Position numbers and translations under genes: made by a program. The notes under the pieces are model-generated. The model saw only the letters and a program-made list of their open reading frames with translations. It had not been told where the DNA came from and ran no database searches. Below are positions 27,679-36,111 of a DNA stretch of 64,000 nucleotides, one piece after another. Numbering within the stretch: the stretch's first letter is position 1; each line of letters opens with the position of its first letter. Source of the stretch: an uncultured Desulfobacterales bacterium (GTDB taxonomy: Bacteria; Desulfobacterota; Desulfobacteria; Desulfobacterales; UBA11574); the NCBI GenBank assembly GCA_937998305.1, contig CALLDL010000004.1, positions 7,103-71,102 on the forward strand, written 5' to 3'.

Positions 27679-27837
27679 ATGGACAAGTATGTATGCACGA
27701 TTTGCGGTTATGTTTATGATCCGGAACAAGGTGATCCTGACAATGGTGTTGCTCCGGGCACAAAATGGGGAGATGTGCCGGATGACTGGGAATGTCCGGT
27801 ATGCGGCGCATCAAAAGATGATTTTGAAAAAGAATAA
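27679..27837 (+). CDS. rub: rubredoxin (52 aa; below the ORF-track cutoff)
   Basis: Hand translation [53 protein letters not shown] textbook rubredoxin, with GAGGAGGG upstream. Confidence 0.9.
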   Translation: MDKYVCTICGYVYDPEQGDPDNGVAPGTKWGDVPDDWECPVCGASKDDFEKE

Positions 27838-27855
27838 TAAAAGGACGGGAGGAAG

Positions 27856-29046
27856 ATGAGACCTGTAGAAATAACAAAGGGAATCTATGATGTTGGCGTT
27901 ATTGATTGGAACATCAGGGATTTCCACGGATATTCGACTTATCGAGGTACCAGTTATAACGCATTTTTAATCGTCGATGAGAAAATCGCACTCATCGACA
28001 CCGTCAAGAAGAATTTTTCTGATCAACTAATTGATAATATTTCAAAAATTATCGATCCGAAAAAGATAGACTATGTCATCAGCAATCATACGGAAATGGA
28101 CCATTCCGGCGGGTTGCCACGGGTGATGCACAAAGTTGGTGAGGACAAGGCGCTTTATTGTTCAAAAATGGGCGCCAAAAATCTGGCCCGACACTTTCCT
28201 CAAAAGTGGAATTATCATGCGGTTGGTACCGGCGAGGAGTTGAGTCTGGGAAACCGGACCTTGACATTTCTCGAAACCCGAATGCTTCACTGGCCGGACA
28301 GTATGTTTACCTACCTGAAGGAAGACAAAATTCTCTTTTCCAGTGATGGTTTCGGACAGCATTATGCAGGGCATGAAAGATTCGATGATCAGATCGGAGA
28401 CGATATCATGCTTCACGCAAAAAAGTACTATGCTAATATTTTACTTCTTTATTCACCGTTGGTTCTAAAGCTTTTGGATACGGTTGCCCAACTGGGCCTT
28501 GAAATCGATATGATATGTCCGGATCACGGAATCATATGGAGAAAAGATCCGGGCAAGATCATCAATGCGTATGCAAAATGGGCCAAACAGGAGCAAGAGA
28601 AAAAAGCTGTCGTGGTCTACGACACCATGTGGCACAGCACTGAAGCCATGGCCGATGAGATTGCAGCGGGAATCGCCGGTGAGGGGGTATCGGTAAGACC
28701 GATACATATACGAAGCTCCCATCGCAGTGAGATTATGACGGAAATTCTCGATGCCGCGGCCATCGTTGTGGGATCGCCGACACTTAACAACCAATTGTTT
28801 CCCACGGTCAGTGATTTTCTGGTTTATATGAAAGGGCTCAAGCCTTTAAACAAAATCGGTGCCGCCTTTGGTTCTTACGGGTGGAGCGGTGAAGCGGTCA
28901 AGCTGATCAATAAAGAACTCGAAGCCATGAAATTCGACGTCATCGATCCCGGTATCAGAATTCAGTATGTTCCGGAAAAGAAGGGATTGGGAGCCTGTTT
29001 TGAACTGGGCAAAAAAATCGGACAGTCAATAAACAATAAAATATGA
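27856..29046 (+). CDS. roo: flavodiiron protein (rubredoxin:oxygen oxidoreductase / FprA)
   Basis: Metallo-beta-lactamase-like domain with HTEMDHSGG (H-x-E-x-D-H) plus a C-terminal flavodoxin domain (VVVYDTMWHSTEAMA). Confidence 0.92.
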   Translation: MRPVEITKGIYDVGVIDWNIRDFHGYSTYRGTSYNAFLIVDEKIALIDTVKKNFSDQLIDNISKIIDPKKIDYVISNHTEMDHSGGLPRVMHKVGEDKALYCSKMGAKNLARHFPQKWNYHAVGTGEELSLGNRTLTFLETRMLHWPDSMFTYLKEDKILFSSDGFGQHYAGHERFDDQIGDDIMLHAKKYYANILLLYSPLVLKLLDTVAQLGLEIDMICPDHGIIWRKDPGKIINAYAKWAKQEQEKKAVVVYDTMWHSTEAMADEIAAGIAGEGVSVRPIHIRSSHRSEIMTEILDAAAIVVGSPTLNNQLFPTVSDFLVYMKGLKPLNKIGAAFGSYGWSGEAVKLINKELEAMKFDVIDPGIRIQYVPEKKGLGACFELGKKIGQSINNKI

Positions 29047-29234
29047 AAATACCGTCTGTTGATCTGGATCGATGCAATTTGTGCGGCGCTTGTATTGAGG
29101 TCTGCCCTATGGTTTTCAGACTCAATGATGCCGGATATATTGAAGTAATCGAGCTATCCTCTTATCCGGAGACGGAAGTCAATGAGGCAATAAAATACTG
29201 CCCTGAAGATTGTATCTACTGGGAAGAGGATTAA
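29043..29234 (+). CDS. small [4Fe-4S]/[3Fe-4S] ferredoxin
   Basis: 63 aa; CNLCGACIEVCP ... CPEDC. 4-nt ATGA overlap with roo. Confidence 0.75.
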   Translation: MKIPSVDLDRCNLCGACIEVCPMVFRLNDAGYIEVIELSSYPETEVNEAIKYCPEDCIYWEED

Positions 29235-29334
29235 ACTCGACAATCGCTCAATTTAGGTTAAAGGAAAGATGGCGTGCTTGATATGAAGAAGATGGTGTTG
29301 CTTGTGTTTAACGGTGACTCGATGTGTTTTAATT

Positions 29335-29386
29335 ATACCTGAAGCTCCTTTGGAATCGATTTGTTTCAAAGGACTAAACAATTACT
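29335..29386 (+). repeat. family D leader motif, copy D2
   Basis: ATACCTGAAGCTCCTTTGGAATCGATTTGTTTCAAAGGACTAAACAATTAC. Ends 39 nt before the ATG at 29426. Confidence 0.75.
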
Positions 29387-29425
29387 TTCGGATTATTTAA
29401 GCCCGGAATTTCACGGGGCAAACAA

Positions 29426-30103
29426 ATGGGCAGCAGGCAGCTCAAAAAAATACTTCCGGCACTTTTAAAAAATGAAGAATTTGAAAAGAGCCTTGAAGAG
29501 ATCTGCCTCATGCCGGCTCGTAGGGTCGTCAATCCGCTTTTTTCCTTTTTTTACAATGCGGACGAATTGATCAAATGGCGTGCAGTTACGGCAATGGGTG
29601 TCGTAGTTGCGCGTCTTGCCCATGAAAATCTTGAGTCTGCCCGCATCGTCATGCGGCGACTCATGTGGAATTTAAATGACGAATCCGGAGGGATAGGCTG
29701 GGGCTCTCCAGAAGCCATGGGAGAAATCATGGCGCGTCATGACGGACTGGCCAGGGAGTATGCTTGTATGCTTGTATCCTACATTAACGAGGCAGGCAAC
29801 TTTCTCGAATATGAGATGCTGCAACGTGGGGTGCTCTGGGGATTGGGCAGACTTGCCCATACGCGTCCTGAACTTGTTCGGGATGCAGCAGCTTATCTTT
29901 CTCCTTTTATGCGATCAAAAGATGCTGTCCATCGTGGTCTGGCAGCCTGGCTGGCTGGGGCGATACCTTCAGAGATGACAAAATCCTTACTCAAACATCT
30001 GGTCACCGACAAAGCAAGAATAAACATCTTCATCAACATGAATCTGGAGGAGCGTACCGTGGGGCAACTGGCTGACGAGGCGCTTACTCGCACTGTTTCT
30101 TAA
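29426..30103 (+). CDS. HEAT-repeat-like protein (resembles the DVU0298 family)
   Basis: 225 aa, all-helical, with a WNLNDESGGIGWGSPEAMGEI segment. Family name recalled from memory, unverified. Confidence 0.45.
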   Translation: MGSRQLKKILPALLKNEEFEKSLEEICLMPARRVVNPLFSFFYNADELIKWRAVTAMGVVVARLAHENLESARIVMRRLMWNLNDESGGIGWGSPEAMGEIMARHDGLAREYACMLVSYINEAGNFLEYEMLQRGVLWGLGRLAHTRPELVRDAAAYLSPFMRSKDAVHRGLAAWLAGAIPSEMTKSLLKHLVTDKARINIFINMNLEERTVGQLADEALTRTVS

Positions 30104-30126
30104 AAAGTATTCATCATAGATCCACA

Positions 30127-30242
30127 AGTATTCAGAGGGTGTGCTTTCCCGTGTAATAATACTGGCGGAATGGCTTCATCATTGAAATGACCAGACACGT
30201 AGACGCCAGAGTGAAACTGGGAAGCATACCCTCTGAATACTT
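30127..30242 (-). repeat. family A element, short inverted copy A3 (lacks the apical domain)
   Basis: The reverse complement aligns to both A1 flanks (..CGTCTACGTGTCTGGTCATTTCAATGA..). Outer arms TTCAGAGGGTGTGC / GCATACCCTCTGAA. Confidence 0.75.
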
Positions 30243-30293
30243 ACATTGATCCGACTATTGAGTTCTGCTGACAATTACGGTTGATGAATTGTT

Positions 30294-31265
30294 ATGTTAC
30301 CCATTCGCGACACAATATCTTCCAAAAATTATCCGATTGTAAACAATACAATTATCGGTATCAACGTTGTCCTTTTTCTGTTTGAGATGTCCCAGGGGGC
30401 CCATTTAGACCGTTTTGTTTATATTTACGGCCTGGTTCCCGCCAGATACTCAGTGCCACAAATTGCATCTTATTTTACCACCGGTCAGCAGCTTCTGTCT
30501 TGGCTCTCTTTCATGTTTCTTCACGGCGGGTTCTGGCATCTTCTGGGCAATATGTGGTCTCTTTACATCTTTGGCGATAACGTCGAAGATCGTCTGGGTC
30601 CTTTTCGGTACCTTGTTTTTTATCTGCTGTGCGGCATTACATCGGGTCTTTCCCATCTTCTTTTCAATCTTCATTCCAATATACCCACCATCGGGGCCAG
30701 TGGCGCTATTGCAGGTGTCATGGGGGCTTATTTGATTCTTCATCCCAATTCCAAAATATTAACCTTGATTCCCATTATCTTTATTCCGTGGTTTGTTGAA
30801 GTTCCCGCATTTTTCTTTCTGGGCCTTTGGTTCGTTCTTCAGTTTCTAAATGCGGCAGGCAGCCATGGGAATATTGGCGGAATTGCATGGTGGGCTCATA
30901 TCGGTGGGTTCGTTTTTGGAATCGTTTTGTTAAAGATTTTTCTTGCGTTACCCGAAACCGGGGTTAGCGGTAAAATGCGTCGTGTCACTGCTAAAAGAAA
31001 AACGCACCGCCTTCAGGTTGTTCGGCCCGGCGGCCTTGGAAAAGATCCCCACCTTTATGGAACCATTGACATTACGTCATTCGAGGCGCTTGCAGGAACA
31101 CAAAAACTAATCAATATCCCAAAAGGATTCCAAAAACGGATTGTTAAAGTGATTGTTCCTTCCGGCGTGAAAGAAGGAAGCAAACTGCGTTTAAAAGGCT
31201 TGGGTAAAACAGCATCCGACGGCCAACGGGGAGATTTGTATCTTAAGGTAATGATAACATCTTGA
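30294..31265 (+). CDS. rhomboid intramembrane serine protease fused to a DnaJ C-terminal-like domain
   Basis: Rhomboid catalytic GASGAIAG and AHIGGF. The C-terminal ~80 aa (EALAGTQKLINIP...KLRLKGLGK...RGDLYLKV) look like a DnaJ CTD. Confidence 0.8.
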   Translation: MLPIRDTISSKNYPIVNNTIIGINVVLFLFEMSQGAHLDRFVYIYGLVPARYSVPQIASYFTTGQQLLSWLSFMFLHGGFWHLLGNMWSLYIFGDNVEDRLGPFRYLVFYLLCGITSGLSHLLFNLHSNIPTIGASGAIAGVMGAYLILHPNSKILTLIPIIFIPWFVEVPAFFFLGLWFVLQFLNAAGSHGNIGGIAWWAHIGGFVFGIVLLKIFLALPETGVSGKMRRVTAKRKTHRLQVVRPGGLGKDPHLYGTIDITSFEALAGTQKLINIPKGFQKRIVKVIVPSGVKEGSKLRLKGLGKTASDGQRGDLYLKVMITS

Positions 31266-31579
31266 TTAAAATAGCTGAGACCTCGAGGTGTTTTTATTTG
31301 TCGGATCGCTCCATGGATAATCCTTTTTTAAACCGCGTGAACTCGTGGCAAGGGCTCGTAAAGAAAGAACAGGAACCAATCTTTGAAAAATCAATAGGTT
31401 CGCTGTACAATCTGCAATTTCTTTTAAAGATCCGATTTCGGTATGCGCCTGTTTTTTCTAACGATCCCCAAGCCACTCAAACAGCACCCGCTTTAAAAAA
31501 GGATCATCCATTCCGCTTTCCAGGGCGTAGGCTAATATCCAATGATTTAGAAGAAAAATTCCCCGATTCATAGAATAGT

Positions 31580-32353
31580 TTAAAATGAATGAAGATACCA
31601 AAGTAAAACCTTCTCTCCAAAGAAAACATATGACATTGCACCAATGGAAAGAAATGGGCCGAATGGGATGGCAAATTTCAGATTTTTCCCCTTTAGCAGC
31701 ATAACTATTATTCCCACGAAAGTCCCTGCAAGCGATGCAACAAAAATGGTAAAGATAACCCCTTTCCAGCCGATAAAGGTTCCAATCATCCCCAGAAGCT
31801 TGATGTCCCCACCCCCCATGCCTTCTTTACGGGTGATGAGACTGTATGTCCATGCGACGAGCAAAAGGCTGCCCCCTCCCACCAGCAAACCCAGCAGCGA
31901 GGATTTAAACGTCATTGCGGGTAGAACAAAAGAAGCCGCAAGGCCGATGGGAATCCCCGGGAGCGTGATAATATCCGGGATGATTTTATGATCAATGTCA
32001 ATAAAGGTGATGACCAGCAGCGATGAAATAAAAACAAAGTATACGACACCTTCCAGAGTCAGACCAAACATGAAAAGAATAGCGATGGCAAGAATTCCGG
32101 TCATCAACTCAACCAAAGGATAGCGAAGTGAAATGGGTGTCTTACAGTTCCGGCACCGGCCTTTGAGCCATAAGTAGCTAAAAACAGGAATGTTGTCATA
32201 AAATTGTATGGCACTGTTGCATTGCGAGCAGAATGATCGGGAAGGATTTATAATCGATGTTGAGGATGGCAGTCGATATATGCAAACGTTTAAAAAACTT
32301 CCAATGCACATGCCGAACATGAAAACCAGGCTGACGAATAAAACGTTAATCAT
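31580..32353 (-). CDS. pilD: prepilin peptidase / N-methyltransferase (type IV)
   Basis: Zn-finger-like CSQC...CRNC, the LRYPLVEL segment and the catalytic GGGDIKLLG motif. Confidence 0.88.
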   Translation of the reverse strand: MINVLFVSLVFMFGMCIGSFLNVCIYRLPSSTSIINPSRSFCSQCNSAIQFYDNIPVFSYLWLKGRCRNCKTPISLRYPLVELMTGILAIAILFMFGLTLEGVVYFVFISSLLVITFIDIDHKIIPDIITLPGIPIGLAASFVLPAMTFKSSLLGLLVGGGSLLLVAWTYSLITRKEGMGGGDIKLLGMIGTFIGWKGVIFTIFVASLAGTFVGIIVMLLKGKNLKFAIPFGPFLSIGAMSYVFFGEKVLLWYLHSF

Positions 32354-32492
32354 GTTTTATGCGATGTCCTCTTGAATTTCTGATGAGATAATAGTAAGTG
32401 CACACTTTAGGGTGAATGTTTTCGTTTATATATGGAGTTTCGTCTCGTGTCAAAGCAACTTTTAAAACGTACGGGAGAAAGGGGTAGATGCT

Positions 32493-33170
32493 ATGAGTAT
32501 GAATGTGGTGGAAAGGATAGATGAATTTGTTAAGGTCAGGAATGTGCTTGCAAGTGTTTTTGACAAAAGCGGTTTGGAAGCCTTCATACCGGAACTTATC
32601 CGGACAAATCCTGAGATAAAAATTTTTTCAACTGGCGGCACGTACAAAAAAATCAAAGAAATTCTCGGAGACACGGCGGATTCCTGCCTGACACAGGTTT
32701 CGGATTACACGGGTCAGCCGGAAACTCAGGGTGGTCTAGTGAAGACTCTCGATTTTAAGATATATCTCGGACTGCTAACCGAAACCTACAATGACGCCCA
32801 CAATGAAGATATCCGGCGAACAGGTGCTGTTCCCATAGATATGACCCTTTGCAACTTATATCCTTTTAAAGATACCATTTCAACAGCAGGGGTGACGGTT
32901 GAAATGGCTCGCGGTAATATAGATATTGGCGGGCCGTGCATGATAAGAGCGTCTGCAAAAAATTATATAAGGGTTGCATCGGTGGTCGATCCATCGGACT
33001 ATTCGGCGATTTTATCAGAAATGAATTCAAATAACGGCTCTATATCGCTGGGACTTCGCTACCGTCTTGCCCAAAAGGCATTTGACCACACAGCCGTTTA
33101 CGACCGGACCATCGCAGATTTCTTGGGCTCCAAGACAATTGATGAAGTGGCTGGGTGTTACACCTTATAA
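32493..33170 (+). CDS. purH: IMP cyclohydrolase (MGS-like N-terminal module of PurH) as a separate gene
   Basis: VLASVFDKSGL, FSTGGT, GNIDIGGPCMIRASAKN and the linker LAQKAFDHTAVYD all match the PurH N-terminal domain. The ORF stops where the AICARFT domain would begin. Confidence 0.8.
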   Translation: MSMNVVERIDEFVKVRNVLASVFDKSGLEAFIPELIRTNPEIKIFSTGGTYKKIKEILGDTADSCLTQVSDYTGQPETQGGLVKTLDFKIYLGLLTETYNDAHNEDIRRTGAVPIDMTLCNLYPFKDTISTAGVTVEMARGNIDIGGPCMIRASAKNYIRVASVVDPSDYSAILSEMNSNNGSISLGLRYRLAQKAFDHTAVYDRTIADFLGSKTIDEVAGCYTL

Positions 33171-33390
33171 ACGGGTAGCAAAGTCTGTTTTTTATACCAC
33201 TACCGCTTCAGGTATAATTAAATTTTTGCTGAAAGAACTCGTGAACAAGGGCTCGTAATGAAAGAACCTGCCCAGACGATTAATAAAGGTTTTTGCTTTA
33301 ACAGGGGGGTCATCCATAACGTTAAATGGCCTATGGTTCTTTCAAAACGATTCCTAATTCACCCAGACAGCTTCCAGACAAAAATTGAAT

Positions 33391-33442
33391 CATACCTGAA
33401 GCTTGTTTAAAACCGATTTGTTTCAAAGAACGAAACTATTAC
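33391..33442 (+). repeat. family D leader motif, copy D3
   Basis: CATACCTGAAGCTTGTTTAAAACCGATTTGTTTCAAAGAACGAAACTATTAC. Ends 36 nt before the ATG at 33479. Confidence 0.7.
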
Positions 33443-33478
33443 GAAAATTTTAATGGTCTTCAAAAAAAGGAGAAAAAA

Positions 33479-34729
33479 ATGGCTGAAGATTTAAAGAAAA
33501 TGTATCGGACAATAATGGACGATCACTTTCCACCTGGGATGGAGATTAGTTTTGTGGATCAGGATAAAAGACAAACCCTTTTTTATGAAAAAGTGGCCTG
33601 GACCATCGATAACATACAAAAAGGGCTCAGATACGGTGAAAATCCGGGTCAGGAAGCCGCACTTTACAAACTGATCAATGGAAATCTGGCTTTAGGAGAA
33701 AGCGAATCGATTCAGCCGGGACAGCATCTGGCTTCAGACATTGAGCTTTTGCAATCCGGCAAACATCCCGGCAAAACCAACCTGACCGATGCAGACAACT
33801 CTATGAACATTTTAAGATATTTTGTGGATAAACCCACAGCTGTCATTGTCAAGCACAACAATCCCTGTGGGGTTGCCCGCTCTGATACATTGGTAGATGC
33901 GTATCTAAAGGCAAACATGGCAGACAGGGTGGCGGCATTTGGAGGATGTATCGCCGTAAACCGGGCTGTAGATCAGGCAACGGCGGAAGCCATCACCGAA
34001 CAATACGCTGAAGTCGTTGTTGCACCCGATTTTGAAGACGGTGTAATGGACATCTTTGCAAAGAAAAAAAACCTCAGGGTGATACGTATCGGTAATATCA
34101 ACAGGCTGCAGAACTTTGTCGGGCAAAGATGTGTGGAATTCAAGAGCCTGATTGACGGCGGTATCATCGCCCAGTGGTCATTTGTGCCGGCAGCCCGGAC
34201 AAAGGCAGATCTAAAACTTGCCGCATGCGATTATAAAGGTAAGCCGTATCAGGTTAACCGAGAGCCCACAGAACAAGAATACAACAACCTGCTCTTTGGA
34301 TGGCTTGTGGAATCCGGCATTACATCCAATTCCGTCATTTATGTCAAAGACGAGGTTACCGTCGGCATCGGTACCGGTGAACAGGACCGGGTGGGTGTTG
34401 CCGAAATTGCAAGGGACAAGGCCTACCGAAAGCTGGCGGACCGTTACTGCTTTGAAATGCATAATATTTCCTATAATGATTTGAAAGATGAAGATAAAAA
34501 AGCAGAAATTGATGCTAAAGTGGCCGATGAAAAAGGCGGACTGATCGGCTCCGCCATGGTCAGTGACGCCTTTTTCCCTTTTAGAGACGGTATTGATGTC
34601 GGCCTGAGAGAGGGGATTACTTCAGTGATTCAACCGGGTGGATCTGAAAATGACTACCAGTCCATCGAGGCCTGTAATGAAGTCGGTGCGACAATGGTCT
34701 ATACAGGGCAGAGAAGTTTCAAACACTAA
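33479..34729 (+). CDS. purH: AICAR formyltransferase (C-terminal module of PurH) as a separate gene
   Basis: LRYGENPGQEAALY, VKHNNPCGVA and the C-terminal QPGGSENDYQ...VYTGQRSFKH. Own RBS AAGGAGAAA. Confidence 0.88.
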   Translation: MAEDLKKMYRTIMDDHFPPGMEISFVDQDKRQTLFYEKVAWTIDNIQKGLRYGENPGQEAALYKLINGNLALGESESIQPGQHLASDIELLQSGKHPGKTNLTDADNSMNILRYFVDKPTAVIVKHNNPCGVARSDTLVDAYLKANMADRVAAFGGCIAVNRAVDQATAEAITEQYAEVVVAPDFEDGVMDIFAKKKNLRVIRIGNINRLQNFVGQRCVEFKSLIDGGIIAQWSFVPAARTKADLKLAACDYKGKPYQVNREPTEQEYNNLLFGWLVESGITSNSVIYVKDEVTVGIGTGEQDRVGVAEIARDKAYRKLADRYCFEMHNISYNDLKDEDKKAEIDAKVADEKGGLIGSAMVSDAFFPFRDGIDVGLREGITSVIQPGGSENDYQSIEACNEVGATMVYTGQRSFKH

Positions 34730-34914
34730 TTTGCTTCCATCCATAAATGGCCTTTTTCCGCAATCTCGGCGTTAATCTGCGGGATTCCTTGTGCGACGTA
34801 CTAAAGTACGCCTCCTCACAATTCCTTGATTTCCTTGATCTTGCGCAAAAATTCTCATTTCTGGATTGGAAACATAATAATGCCCAATATTTATTCGTGG
34901 ATGGACACTAATTG
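34724..34914 (+). repeat. family B structured element, copy B2
   Basis: Aligns along its length to B1 and B3. Its 5' end overlaps the purH-C stop codon. Confidence 0.8.
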
Positions 34915-34928
34915 GGATTGAATCACAC

Positions 34929-35072
34929 TAGAACCTATCTCAAAAATAAGATTAGGGTTCAGGGCAAGGCGTAGAGCGGTGAAAAAGCGGAGCATACACG
35001 TAGGATGTGAGCATTTTGAACCGTTTCACAACACCGCCATGGGCACTTAGATTGTTTTTGAGATAGGTTCTA
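34929..35072 (-). repeat. family C MITE-like element, copy C2 (inverted relative to C1)
   Basis: Perfect terminal inverted repeats TAGAACCTATCTCAAAAA / TTTTTGAGATAGGTTCTA. Ends 6 nt from the stop of the VWA gene at 35079. Confidence 0.8.
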
Positions 35073-35078
35073 TATGTT

Positions 35079-36080
35079 TCAAGGTCTTGTGCTGTTCAGC
35101 CCCACAAAGGTACCACCGTTTCTCTGGCATAAAGCGCGCATAAGAGTGGCAAATCGTTCGCCGGTGTTGCCGCGTTGGTTCGTTTGTTCCATAACGACCG
35201 GAAAACCAACGGCATGGATCCGGACCCGACGAGAACCGTCTTTTTCTGTCTTGTTAATTCTGTCCACTTCATTGATGACCGGCTGGATAGCGGAACCGCT
35301 GAATTCATCACCGAATACATAAAGGCTTATTTTTTTATCTTTTGAATAGAACATATTGATCGCGGCGGTAATTCCTTCTACCGGGCTGCTGTTGCTGAAA
35401 GAGTTCCAAGTGCGCAGGGCTGAGATGATGGCCCTGCGCCGGGCCGGGGTGTCCGGTATCCATTTCCCGGCATACTGGGAAAACAGGAAATTTCCCATAT
35501 CGTTCATTATCTGGATGCCTTTGACTTTCGGATAGATTTCGAGCGTCTCCCGCATTTTTTTCTGGACCAGGCTCCAGGCATTTCGCTGCATGCTTCCGGA
35601 TGTGTCGATAATAAAAACGATGTACTCACTGTCCACGGGAATACCACCTACCGAACGGGTTATTTTTTTAGGAAGGCTTTTATAAAGCCGCTTCATTTCT
35701 TCGGTCAGCTCCTGACGTGCAAGGGCCAGTTTGCCTTCAATAATATTTTGAACCATAGCATCGTCTTTGGATCCTGCAAATCGGCCTTTAATCGTCGACA
35801 GATCGCCCTGGAGCCGGGCAAGCTTTTTCTTATCTTTTGACAGCTGAACCTTTTTAGCCGTCAATTCGCGGTTCAGGATTCGGGTGTCACCTTGGATTTC
35901 AAACAGTTCGTTTTCCAGGCGAACAATCTCAGCCTGCATGTTTTCTTTGATTTCTTCAATGACCACCGGTTCAGCAAATTTGGACAGTACAAACAACAGA
36001 ATAATAGCACCGAATCCGCAGCAGATACAGTCAAGAAAGGAAAGGCTGAATATATCTATGTCCCGTCTGTGTTTTTTCAT
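35079..36080 (-). CDS. ExbD/TolR-like TM helix + coiled coil + VWA-domain protein (paralogue 2)
   Basis: N-terminus KKHRRDIDIFSLSFLDCICCGFGAIILLF (basic N-terminus and an Asp inside the TM). Heptad-rich region, then VWA with the MIDAS motif FIIDTSGSM. Confidence 0.75.
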   Translation of the reverse strand: MKKHRRDIDIFSLSFLDCICCGFGAIILLFVLSKFAEPVVIEEIKENMQAEIVRLENELFEIQGDTRILNRELTAKKVQLSKDKKKLARLQGDLSTIKGRFAGSKDDAMVQNIIEGKLALARQELTEEMKRLYKSLPKKITRSVGGIPVDSEYIVFIIDTSGSMQRNAWSLVQKKMRETLEIYPKVKGIQIMNDMGNFLFSQYAGKWIPDTPARRRAIISALRTWNSFSNSSPVEGITAAINMFYSKDKKISLYVFGDEFSGSAIQPVINEVDRINKTEKDGSRRVRIHAVGFPVVMEQTNQRGNTGERFATLMRALCQRNGGTFVGLNSTRP

Positions 36081-36111
36081 AGGGTTAAATCCATGTCATC
36101 CGGCGTTGTCC

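Noticed and set aside
27620-27859. 79-aa ORF in the track
   Set aside because: It is read from repeat D1 and then out of frame across the canonical 52-aa rubredoxin gene (27679-27837), so it is spurious.
31262-31573. 103-aa ORF downstream of the rhomboid gene
   Set aside because: It has a TTG start and no RBS, has no recognisable motif, and runs through the shared 40-nt intergenic motif.
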